From the IMG/VR virus record IMGVR_UViG_3300042386_001233, positions 1 through 64,000 of that record: 64,000 bases of DNA; one strand, given 5' to 3'. This document shows, one piece after another, positions 31,701-36,617 of the stretch (position 1 is its first letter; each line of letters begins with the position of its first letter). The position numbers and the translations under genes are program-made. A model generated the notes under the pieces. The model worked only from the letters and a program-made list of their open reading frames with translations. It did no database searches and was not told the origin of the DNA.

Positions 31701-33068
31701 TTAGACAAAGATAAAAATATTAAACCATCTTTTGGCGCATATATACCATCTCTAGAGAGTACAATGGCTCCTCAACAGTATGGGGCCGGAGTTTATCAGG
31801 GTCCGTCATCCATGCCCACATTTGATTTAACAAAAACTAAGACCGATGCTGCAGCAATGCCAGAAGTTAATGTCAAAGATAATAATGCTGCTCCGATGCC
31901 AGGAACTAAGAAACCAGTAAAGAAAGCTCTCGGGGGTTTAATCTATGCTTCTGAAGGAATGAAGATTCCTAGACCTAATACAATACTATCTAGTTCACAA
32001 TCTAATAGTGGACTATATGATAGATATGCCTCTTCAGTATCACAACCAATAGATATTGGCAAGTCTTCAGAAAATTCTTTTTCAAGATATATAAAATCTG
32101 GTGGTAGAAGAATGTCTGACAACGTCGAGGTTAGACCCAAATTAACAACAGATGAAGTACTACAGTATTTTGAAAACAAAGAAGCAAAAGAACGTCGTGA
32201 AGGTGCTCCTCCTGCTGGCGGTAGGGTTCAATATGCAACTGGTGGAATAGTATACGCAAATAATGGAGCACTAATAAATGCCCAACCAATGGGAACTGAC
32301 ACTGTTCCAGCAATGTTAACTCCTGGCGAGTTTGTTGTCAAAAAAGAACAAGCTCAAAAACACGCTCCAATACTACATGCTATAAATAGTGGAGCATATA
32401 GTAGGGGTGGTATTGTTAATTATTTGGCTAATGGTGGTGTTGTTAATCCAAACTATTTATCGTATGGCGGTTATCCCGACATGGGAGATTTACAAAATCG
32501 TCGCAATCCTTTAAAGGAGATGAGTCAGAGAGTAGCCGAATATAATGCTTCTATGGCTCCTCAACCAGTACCAATGCCCGCTCCAGCACCGGTTCAAGCA
32601 CCCTCTCCAGCACCAGCGGGTGGTGTATCTAGTAATGTTGGTATAGATGTAGCTAATTTACAGTCCATAGTAACTAATTTGCAGAAAACGGTCAATGACT
32701 TTGGAGCATCGATACCTTCACTTTCACAAGTGGCAGAAAGTATGAATACTGGTTTTAGTTCTTTCGTAACAGGAGGATCCCAAATAGGACAAATGTTAAA
32801 TAGCGCTACAGCGGGTCTACAACAAGTTAATCTTCCTGATAGGATTAGACTAGAAGGTTCAGTAAGCAATAACGTAAATATTAACGGTGCTGAAGCAGCC
32901 GCTAGAGTTATGGATACTATGGGTGGGGCTATTCAACAGGGAGCAAATGAACAAATAGGCAGATTCGCAGGAGCTATTAATCGAGGTATTGGTAATTTGG
33001 GTGAAGGAGCATTAGGTCCAGATACTGGTCAAATTATGGGTCAAATAGGTGGTTCAAATTATGTTTAA
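13704..33068 (+). CDS. Giant tape measure protein (6454 aa) with TP901-type core and many inserted domains
   Basis: N-terminal TMP core (LQQVTG..VSVTLAQAG..AVAAAFAVEADDL..TIATGLRTIFTRIQ); repeated AxGG and DTVPAMLTPGEFVV TMP motifs; long helical segments; position after tube and chaperone genes. Confidence 0.9.
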   Translation: MATAFNLTAQLNLRGPNNVNKIVGDIKKQLSGITANVNLKLDPNVAKNVKALDASLKSLNSTLSRTSTTATSAASAISSFGRAVNSVSIKNIPSQINATVSSMNKLNKSSGTIGQSLNEAATEMQEFGKQAGLAIRRFAAFTAVTGVIYSLTNSINQGIQAFIEYDKELVRLQQVTGQTAGGLKQLQNSISQLATGLGVSSKELTTVSVTLAQAGLSAKDTERALRALALSSLAPSFDDMNETVEGSIALMRQFGISAGQLEQALGSVNAVAAAFAVEADDLITAIQRTGGVFATASKGVSEGTDALNEFISVFTSVRATTRESAETIATGLRTIFTRIQRGSTIDALKEFGVTLTDSEGKFVGAYRAVQLLSEGLSKLDPRDIKFSRIVEELGGFRQIGKVIPLIQQFSVAQNALKIAQTGQSSLAKDAATAQLSLANQIQKVREEFFALFREIGQSKGFQSLLTGVLTLTRGLIKLADVSKSLLPALSVVLAFKGASALTQFASGFSKGFRPGGGKPEKERPRFADGGRVRRFATGGVVPGSGDRDTVPAMLTPGEFVVRKQAVKSIGTAHLHRINKRAKGGPITVEKLKDINPNAVQPDYRNTEEAKNKVGEKDQTWSTYRDQGRRGKVRSTAVKYMQPRDEVYGDVEYVPIPDPNRSEVEKYFGKIVLKKGIKSINPKDKRISTAYENYAQDKVKTIGARYSGDYDPLDFETGDVKFYSSEENIQKYVSINKVLSKRLRHQNKDNRIKWQPNSPEQKELEPTTIYHPTDLTENNNLKKRISDWILLSQNQRTTQAIREGDSFSFGGLVQKFAEGGEAARIRRVGIIDSDVLRDKINAEKVAQGMESIGSDSIQDYTIQLAKLGVQKRKSGDLKKFRVIAGAAGSGKSSLATGVSANDNATLRKTIRSHIITPQDLDSVDEILTITANVSDAKLEGYLRDADRTYTVSSSTKAEQDLIKRNKESRDITGQGLYGREPGKTKGVPADFGVEEATLIDQLGSKNVVLGRKEDAEGNLTNRFRRKREDELPEIVQAEGFYTGGFAPPTRGHRGAFDTLLANVIAKNPKATLKDILVSVAPNVAMVEGKEGLEHAARYGIFDADFRSLLADVNFKGAMISQDAQSTPGILPKVMEVPSENNRRKFARLKGAMAITSGKEQGVLGKYERAGIEVTDIPRIEDISATKVRELLFSQNYTELDKIVNPEVGAILKGNQPQLKNRSVMVPVLLEELHKAAEANTVLANQKADDILANAPGGPYANVSKKLKTEHPDIAAQVKSIREQRDQFKKSISGAKAHSIISELAAAYPEIYGIDPSRRAATAAASISAEDARSHLGDRVKSLVSGRGAATPEPSLLESIKQNVTKQLAIPKGSGTLPTDSKTITSAFLNTKIPSDPTFGMFSGKTIDPGIVKKVWRQTYPGLSEDKTASYIALKEWLEAQYNTRTGAKTEKLSQAIQESKMVGLVGMLPIGHEKLSGPFTWMLGKNAAGEDVSVTASIIERGLGKQYEEEIKKAQSHAEQGSELLASGLASKMKKRPESLRSLDKAQLETLGQGNIEGAYVEQALARLWANLDNVSTRTRPIDYPDGLGESAELFPGISPTMPTEVKRTINSDSRSDAIEEFQRYFRLIHAIPEPKAKKEAVKALASGGEVQRFMAGGVATKTRKPKEVFGTGETAFPSRISKKYAEEQHSASESLRAKLSWDKYPKDERIMVNEDKVQEAYQQPFDRDRFTSSFKEKISRDSLFERMSDFAKFIGLPQEDLSLALPLQLDFGASSRGGGLGMFSAAEFGKGASGIRPYEGYDLSKFGYGEKEKQESYGLEKLIAAKEKEIKKIRKTPTETFDDGSFSFDSEAFQKTYIELDNLKNRFFRLKDLKREAEKAALAEQNTISSATGRGTIGFAPSMGYASTTQNHSLYHEMTHQLFEGLRTRSAESFTKYRDRVSSLFSGDNDDLADAFDSLTAVTAGGGYTSADVVYGRSYKSNNLSQILSSYYRQNLDSSRGTTPIPEDITKNLASLSTQSTAAKRAREYRPINPQVNEALLQGGAKFGMTQEKINRMEDNGKEEFLTTLIEKAPQLDQNLQGILDSTLTELLSGAGIQRQKYASGGKASRRVDFEAGVGQSPFGGSVSKRLSQSIYNLQKNTGLSDSEFNEIKKTADTYGYNEEEFKEYLAKRIQEKKNKEGLRTNPSALAQQLMPQTRVSTPRQLALAQALKDTSNDIGYRPSTLETIAQARTDVGNATRYAVGGIAKVGKKEDKQYGQISITEDAGMINVGYQKGDNRQGYATGYKMRNNLYYVGLSKATKGYGPRLYDVLMEAVTEKGAMLTSDRSSVSEDAKRVWEYYFKNRGDVKKTPLKPSDWTVNSNLIDPKLYGKKETWPPATDPAWTLQTGYSKSPKLITNTNEVIRKRSGGRLSFETGGTVPALVSNGEAYIPPKIAKRIGYSNLNRMNQADRNGMSKFSSGGISVFKGPGTGTSDSIPANLPVGSFILREKATKALGFNKGGAVPAQRFATGGGVTSMIMEWLSSDMTARTKPKMAPRPDVVNRASVVASNDTTKALDILVKSLNQLGLSAANSADILNKGGQVSYKTIQKALAEDIKRLKISGASIQSIVAAETTLANIRKKSKEEVTKQKNIQGLTSARGNSSTKIVGGQTIGDLQAGSGAGQQAIETQAQMLAAARIRRRGGKVTEKQRSEIMESSYIDSASRITGIKKKEFKAAGISGGDIQKYIAESMKDRKSLAQMDKQLIALKTNELTNSAAYIAASNAEQKRMLTEVQQATKEEISTRRKIINDLAAQNGTKGVGAAGLRDTRNSPILNQIKGFIKSPGKVMGGISAAAGLTAGASDMIAKNIYNMSTTEGQGKAAKTSAAIQSSGTILSTGMAAASQMAAIPVIGPYVAALTAVGTAAAAAADYFYDFTGAQKAATVEFERSVRAKEIGIAMDGLDRAFQNFEKDMGNITLQKALEQAIGNTSSLQIKDNMAERDNAKAEFSLKNRSWSDIFSGNFKGSAQMDALEQGAMDSEMSQKLSPISDKAMALYDKQISSGKSIEDIVNNVRTGNKDAVNAGAAVAFNANPKLWSELEQKVKASGDASEANVLKIKRGIVARELLTNAELQAAVKRSKLERDMEASNRAGRRLAETFDHISETIDQSIQRMQRESEIRQAQANDRVEARRGNAGFDERAVNNRNVGVLTNPKAYQNDPRRIEEAIRAGSSGMSPELAQKMAGGARLEATLPNVMRNAISTELKSNASLGLDEAADAARRKGTEAIRNSGLSEADQKVAIDKLNARIEDEKKKVQDNEKGTPAEQVDSFTDSISDLGPEIANIFGNAGKKLDDIIQARQGIYDTFAKNLQAASEAAKKAREFFSKARDIRYDAGMDLREAQTGVGESFSEAKAKSDSSIARLTGGVTDPQAIGRNIDALMARRDQQMKDRDAALSNPNLTQDQQKDAATKFAKDIQATNNALNDNREALDKLANSAEVAQKALDEVKNIRGLQQDRENFVNQLLTNTPEEADKLNQTFIRLQRNLSGGLNNASNQRDARNAFNDTLRRTGNLREATRAGNTVLADQRKQTLQLMQDPGFRGMMTLNMKNQGMNDQQIDKRFRDQEGMLMQQMAIESGLINNPMVRQALAAKQDPNADPAMKRAADQFLQATGLQAKASEEQGRLELANVQNLLVTATDELRMSIDTLTTTINGSLGKDGERVPGVAGPVVPVPAGARGVARPPRPMATGGKVKTQYASTGQLIDFSPKGTDTVPAMLTPGEFVVNARSTAKHLPLLKAINSGAGVDATSNMSKGGVVYLDNGGLIDEFRKIDANKSNFLEVGEIDLKMIQLLDRDKDNKVSFGEYSSRVKSDGSSGSSRSGSGSSVKSGFKAQDMSFEQYYNNRAQKYAKRYQGTGDEVPRDTDKFANGGMVTPYYLAEGTNRPLSRPVMVALPPKKDPIETARAARKQGVPTKRRPSLVPGDPRAKDAEPSFFRLDLNEDGILDRKEGYPYQDLDKDKDGNITQEEWKNNVLARAKVRKLENTIKIIEKEIAEGKPVPVNFEAMKRTLGFAKIDAGMAAAPGDNKAFIARQKRIDDNMNKRLLGGGSINNPDGSYVFNRELNKIYDRRSAFEEERRAQRAKDENATDEEIFDRTVEAYGAGDSNYWRNSMGVTELPNVYDNSRTLDVIRNESDLSSKGDPNGEKTRAYIDGYIQSQGARQQADRVARGIGAEIDSPDIAVTGTQGPVDNLNYLIDQKEKGRVAEKAARDENFKQENKNREGADARQAKLDQRDKELGIDTSGINRDIYESGGGFSNQPGSGRKVTIEEQKQRKREKAIAARFSFTDKTGKYSTTGTIDKVDFEKGTVRIAKIDPKTGEPITRTVPVFADGQTEEEIKASGRDPERFKVGEKEEQVYTTVPLDKLSDQSRDKARSHGLEKEADKAKAGENFSIGEATGKKRTISGKIFRVDEKAGTAVVQRDSGKLVTIPLEKLAPESRNIALDQAKTATTVTDLTQKQMDADVGNIDVTSSLPEPPIPLAEDFTDRANEVRQETMNNAALEQTKMDQLPMMSEPVPTSGTIDPITGKVVGNNVSMDLNPDGTRTPEQLNILSQQATRDADRRNSNARYEELRGRSKAEDAYDRSWLGENWPKEWGGVQKPKRRLTTKELEELGAMESERGVPALSRLGANTRAEQTRRSAGLDEAQIESLSQQKTEQFKAELEKKNDAEGGVAVGLAAQRAVVPLLAGATAIAAAPALVPAGIIGAGLTIAGGVTASLGANKLQDMALEGTDFDKRQRELAEKRPGATAVGSLLPGLLTGNPLTGATTMGRALATRAASGATEAALGAGIRGATSGGDFGTYEDFRNDFLSGVILPTSNFGSKGSRNYSRPEGPAKPTSLKDVAATVRDEQLAIREENVLAGNERIATKRKQDEVRKAAQAEQRIKDEVEAVKESGREKAVFDFMKPLITRPDKSNSPIVKGVADMVLNHHRDLMARVKSKDILEKGRGLNDEQITTQLTDAGIDPERAAAIVRKRTEANNKAQSDLALERGTRRAEAKERLDAEYRKEVEGVTDPKETAKIKARFQEQLNKEASLIDVDINDKTSANKAGITVQELKQQRAAEAQAKDKAESDKLIQEFDSTLGSSKPTTIDNLPMGEPLDLGVDPLAPITSAKDNAATTAASTKPVDAATVAAKNQTVVKAAEQENTSSLQTSAIPQPKPYNPTDYPIMDSIMRGGKNGHYGPMGTTNITGKQNIHGISGWKTRLIPKDDASAAKIKEFLDTHPDIGEYKLALNEGPVPVFSVYFKKGTKDEALSFAQASEKGLKDSLDPRLYQGADTLLEGTNISARFDARDLKYESASSIIDRQLENSPFSRGFLKAEELNLQIPASNTAAGSTASRAMPSITAGTRGVPDTGYVDWLKTKKFLAKDPKKIASLDAEIQRATNVADDWLKENMSDLYSSSAERTTRESTTQTGGVKPQQQAVVETAIRDATSTPTKSGFVRDKSLSTDKVDDLASAGFGVISPDQEVESVIRGARENSLGVLTKPAALLQPETYQKYADQLLELEKSGKIKITKGASFGTSGQPSIFVGKPENVDTLAKAFESETARTREMGVPASDEFHETVGKALGYSKDSRELFRLRKDWDKAGLDIDTIQDRLQTSRGAAARYMVSEINKAKEQASVEQGVKESTNPPIKPPIDGDEFELGNLGDETPEEKARLDALYPPGSEGFLGPIKPDNVLPEARAESQARTVETKPSSFEQNPEDFTKLIDETLSPFPEDFFPDGSSKPNARVEAEIDSNTVNASSPEALKASAEAQQKLAAQKLAAKSPEQISVEKTYGPLYREAKKANDTAEMARIRSEANAEFKKRSQEASTRAEDKKNSFLPVMGKVLKIAAPIGTAIGYGLGSLLTRDKRKEEPQDPASKLKNASSLQEVYDLISANDRGTKGFSAVEIAMKLREIDPKAYDKSGDEYVNLGELAGMPDSAYDAYLDRLKDRAATAKPVNYPDVPSLDKDKNIKPSFGAYIPSLESTMAPQQYGAGVYQGPSSMPTFDLTKTKTDAAAMPEVNVKDNNAAPMPGTKKPVKKALGGLIYASEGMKIPRPNTILSSSQSNSGLYDRYASSVSQPIDIGKSSENSFSRYIKSGGRRMSDNVEVRPKLTTDEVLQYFENKEAKERREGAPPAGGRVQYATGGIVYANNGALINAQPMGTDTVPAMLTPGEFVVKKEQAQKHAPILHAINSGAYSRGGIVNYLANGGVVNPNYLSYGGYPDMGDLQNRRNPLKEMSQRVAEYNASMAPQPVPMPAPAPVQAPSPAPAGGVSSNVGIDVANLQSIVTNLQKTVNDFGASIPSLSQVAESMNTGFSSFVTGGSQIGQMLNSATAGLQQVNLPDRIRLEGSVSNNVNINGAEAAARVMDTMGGAIQQGANEQIGRFAGAINRGIGNLGEGALGPDTGQIMGQIGGSNYV

Positions 33069-33088
33069 TCAATATATGAGAATTTATT

Positions 33089-36000
33089 ATGGCAAATAAA
33101 CTGGTAAAAGTTTTTGATAATATAGGATTTAATTTTCAAACCATTAATGGTAAGATTAGTCCTATAAAAATCCTATCTGGATTTAATGGATTAAACCAAA
33201 ATCATGTCGGGTACTATATACCATATATTTGTCGTAACAAAAAACTAGGCCTATTAGAAATTGGTATAGGAGATGTTCAAAATGATGATACCGGCAATGT
33301 AGTAATTAATAAGCATAAAATAGTAGTATCTTCAAACAATAATAATGATGTTAACTTTGGTAACGAAAAAGATAATGAGTTTTTTGTTTTTGCTAATCAA
33401 AATATCTTTAATAGCAGTATCAGCAATGTTGTGGTAATAGATTCAAATACGGTCATAGACAACGTATCCGCTATCTATTTAGCAGATTGCTCGAATCAAC
33501 CAATATCTGTTACACTACCAGAAATATCAAACTCAGAGAATATTGTATTAGAATTTAAAAATATTTCACCAAATTATAATTTATCTATTAGAGACAGTAA
33601 GGATGGTTCGGTATCGATATTAGACGATCAAAAGAGCTATGCTAAACTAGTTCCAACTAATGATTCTTGGGTGTCTTTGGCGGACAATAATACAGAATAC
33701 GTTGGCATCCAATCATCAGACCAGCAGATCTCTGCTCAAAGTTCTCCAACAGGAGACGACTTTTCACTACAATACAAAGAAGGTAGCGACCTTGTTGGGT
33801 CTAATATTTACTGGGATTCAGTTAATAACGACTTATTATTAGGCGCAGACAATAGTACTGACGCTTACTCAGTTATTCCAACATCTGGTAATAGGCCTCT
33901 ATATATTAATCAGAAAAAATTAAATAGCGATTTTGTTGTTTATGGTAGTGGTAATAGGAATTTATTCTTTTCTTATGATGGTAGATTAGGTTTGAATATG
34001 CCTTCGGGATCTCGACCATCTACTATATTTCATATTGTAAATACCGTATGTCAAGAAGGTCTCAGACTAGAAAATCGTAACGCTTGTCACCCAGCAGATA
34101 TCACTTTATTTCATAAGCCTAACTCGGCTATCAACAATGGATCTGTTGTATCACAAATTAACTTGGCTGGTAAAAATACTAGTGGTAATAAAGTAGACTA
34201 CGGAGCTATAGAAGCACTAGCAATTAATACCACATCATCTCTAGAAGAAGGTGGACTACAATTTAAGATTGCTGCCGCATCTACCGGAATAAAAGTTTTT
34301 GATAGTAATTATTCAGCCACTACAGTGGGTTATAGCGGAAATAATTTAACTATTAATCGCACAGGATCAACAGTGGTAAGAAATAACAGTGCCGCTGTTA
34401 GTTTATCTTCTAATAGTGTGAATATAAGTGGATCATCAGTAGCCTTAAGTGCACCTAGTCTAGTATTTGGTAATGCCTCATCCTCCATCAGTGCTCCTGG
34501 TGCTATCTCTGCTGGAGCAATATCTGCAACGTCATTACAGTCAAATAATATAGTCGCCCCAAATATTGGTAGTGGTAGCTTTATTACTACTAACGGAAAT
34601 AATCAATTAGTCGGCAGTACCACAATGTCTGTTAATTCTTTGGGCACCTTAAATCTCCCTATTGCATCAAATAAACTATTGCAAACTACTACTAATGGTG
34701 CAATTACTGGTATTTATTCTACGGATGACTATTTCAGAACAGACGGAGATATTGTCTGGAATAAGTATACGCACAGACTAGTTTCTGCTTGTTTGAAGCA
34801 GATAACATTTATTAATCCTGTTTCTGTTGAAGAATATAGTATTGGGGATCAATTAGCAGTAGTGTTATCGTCATCTACTGTTTATAGAAGAATTGTAGAT
34901 GTTTATATTAATAACAATCTTATTACTGGACTATTAGTTGATCAAGATGTCTCGTCCTCAGATGTTGACGGTATAACAGTATACTCTGTTACTAAGGGTG
35001 GATATCTTGATATGCAAATATCTACCGAGGGTGGAGTAATATCTGACTCTACAAAAAATGTTTTAAGTGCTAGAGCAGGAACAAGCACAACATTTAATAC
35101 ATTACAAAAAGATATAGATTTTTCTGTATACGGTATAGACTCTGTTCCAGCTTTAAAGGTTAAAGCCAATTCTGGTAAAATCAGTATCATTTCTGGCATG
35201 TATCGACCATTTTCGCCCAAGCATGAATTGCCCGCATTTCCAATTGTGGTAACTACTGGCGGCGTTGGTTTATCTAATCTATATTCTTCAGCTAATTTTA
35301 ATTATAGTAATACTCAGAATCTATTTTCTGGTATAGTATCTGATGTTGGGTCTAATGGATTGCCTTCTCATTATGGAACGTATGATCAGAACGGTAATGC
35401 TTCGGAATGGGTAGAAAAACCATACATGCTAGAAAGTAGAGATAAAGAAGAATACGCTGCTGGTGGTTCGTATTCTACTTCAAATGCTTTAGGAGGAAGC
35501 GGTCTCAAACATATTGAGACGTTAACAAGAGCATCTGGCTATTCTTACGTTGGTTTTAGAGTTGCTTCTCTCTACAACACAACAGACCCAACAACCATCT
35601 CTTCAACAGACCAACTATCTATGAGTTTTGTTGGCGTTATTGATCCTCAAAATACCGAAGACGTTTCTACAACATATATAAAAAATGGTGAAACATTTAA
35701 TTCAATAATTATTAATAACCTTGGTGTTGTTGATAATATGTATAGAATTGGTAGATATGAAGTAACTAATAAACAATACTGTCGATTCCTAAATGCTGTG
35801 GCTAAAAATAACGATAGAGGCTTGTATGACTCTAGAATGAGCAGTCAAAATGTTGGTGGTATTAGTCGAATATTTGATGCAGAGTATATCTATACTACTA
35901 AGCCTAATATGGACAATAAGCCCGTATTATTTGTAAACTATTTAAGTGTTATAAGGTTTATAAATTGGCTTCATAATGGAGCTTCTGTAACTATTAGTGA

Positions 36001-36598
36001 GTCAAATATTGACTATAATTTGGATATGGGTGCATATTCCATAATACCTATTGGTACAGACTCATATAATGTTGTTCAATCCTCTTATAGAAAATACTGG
36101 CTACCTAATCTAAATGAGTGGCATAAAGCGGCTTATTTTGAACCAGTAGATGTTAATGCTTATACTGGAACATCAACCGTAATGGTTAAGAGAGAAGATC
36201 CTTATCTTGTTGCCTCTGGTCTAGATTCAGACACTAATAAATTTAAGGAATTATTTGCGAATTTAAGTGTTAGTGGATGGTTATATGTTGATCATTTAAT
36301 TGTCGGAGACGGAACAATACGGTCATCCAAGAGATTTACTGGACTAATTCCATCTACTGGTACTACTACTAATACTCAAAATGTCACAACACAAACTACT
36401 AATAATATTAATTTGCCACCAACCTCATTGGACGATATTATTAATAGCGATAATAATGCTGTAGAAACAACAGCTTCAACAGTATCTGTTGGAACTAGCA
36501 TATCTGGTATCCCACTAAGAAGAGCTCAAGATACTGATTGTGTTGAAAATCCACCTTGGTTCTGCAATCCTAATAATACTGGTCCAAGTTTATTTTAG
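33089..36598 (+). CDS. Tail fibre-like protein with C-terminal circularly permuted FGE-sulfatase/CLec-fold domain
   Basis: 1169 aa; beta-rich fibre motifs (N..DFxVYG). YGTYDQNGNASEW..GFRVA precedes YRIGRYEVTN..EWHKAAYF. Confidence 0.7.
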   Translation: MANKLVKVFDNIGFNFQTINGKISPIKILSGFNGLNQNHVGYYIPYICRNKKLGLLEIGIGDVQNDDTGNVVINKHKIVVSSNNNNDVNFGNEKDNEFFVFANQNIFNSSISNVVVIDSNTVIDNVSAIYLADCSNQPISVTLPEISNSENIVLEFKNISPNYNLSIRDSKDGSVSILDDQKSYAKLVPTNDSWVSLADNNTEYVGIQSSDQQISAQSSPTGDDFSLQYKEGSDLVGSNIYWDSVNNDLLLGADNSTDAYSVIPTSGNRPLYINQKKLNSDFVVYGSGNRNLFFSYDGRLGLNMPSGSRPSTIFHIVNTVCQEGLRLENRNACHPADITLFHKPNSAINNGSVVSQINLAGKNTSGNKVDYGAIEALAINTTSSLEEGGLQFKIAAASTGIKVFDSNYSATTVGYSGNNLTINRTGSTVVRNNSAAVSLSSNSVNISGSSVALSAPSLVFGNASSSISAPGAISAGAISATSLQSNNIVAPNIGSGSFITTNGNNQLVGSTTMSVNSLGTLNLPIASNKLLQTTTNGAITGIYSTDDYFRTDGDIVWNKYTHRLVSACLKQITFINPVSVEEYSIGDQLAVVLSSSTVYRRIVDVYINNNLITGLLVDQDVSSSDVDGITVYSVTKGGYLDMQISTEGGVISDSTKNVLSARAGTSTTFNTLQKDIDFSVYGIDSVPALKVKANSGKISIISGMYRPFSPKHELPAFPIVVTTGGVGLSNLYSSANFNYSNTQNLFSGIVSDVGSNGLPSHYGTYDQNGNASEWVEKPYMLESRDKEEYAAGGSYSTSNALGGSGLKHIETLTRASGYSYVGFRVASLYNTTDPTTISSTDQLSMSFVGVIDPQNTEDVSTTYIKNGETFNSIIINNLGVVDNMYRIGRYEVTNKQYCRFLNAVAKNNDRGLYDSRMSSQNVGGISRIFDAEYIYTTKPNMDNKPVLFVNYLSVIRFINWLHNGASVTISESNIDYNLDMGAYSIIPIGTDSYNVVQSSYRKYWLPNLNEWHKAAYFEPVDVNAYTGTSTVMVKREDPYLVASGLDSDTNKFKELFANLSVSGWLYVDHLIVGDGTIRSSKRFTGLIPSTGTTTNTQNVTTQTTNNINLPPTSLDDIINSDNNAVETTASTVSVGTSISGIPLRRAQDTDCVENPPWFCNPNNTGPSLF

Positions 36599-36617
36599 AA
36601 AAAATTAAGGAATAATT

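Noticed and set aside
13704-33068. Inteins, introns or fused neighbouring genes explaining TMP size
   Set aside because: No Hint/intein splice motifs or homing-endonuclease motifs were seen. TMP-type AxGG and GEFVV boxes recur from start to end, consistent with a single gene. Misassembly can only be excluded with reads.
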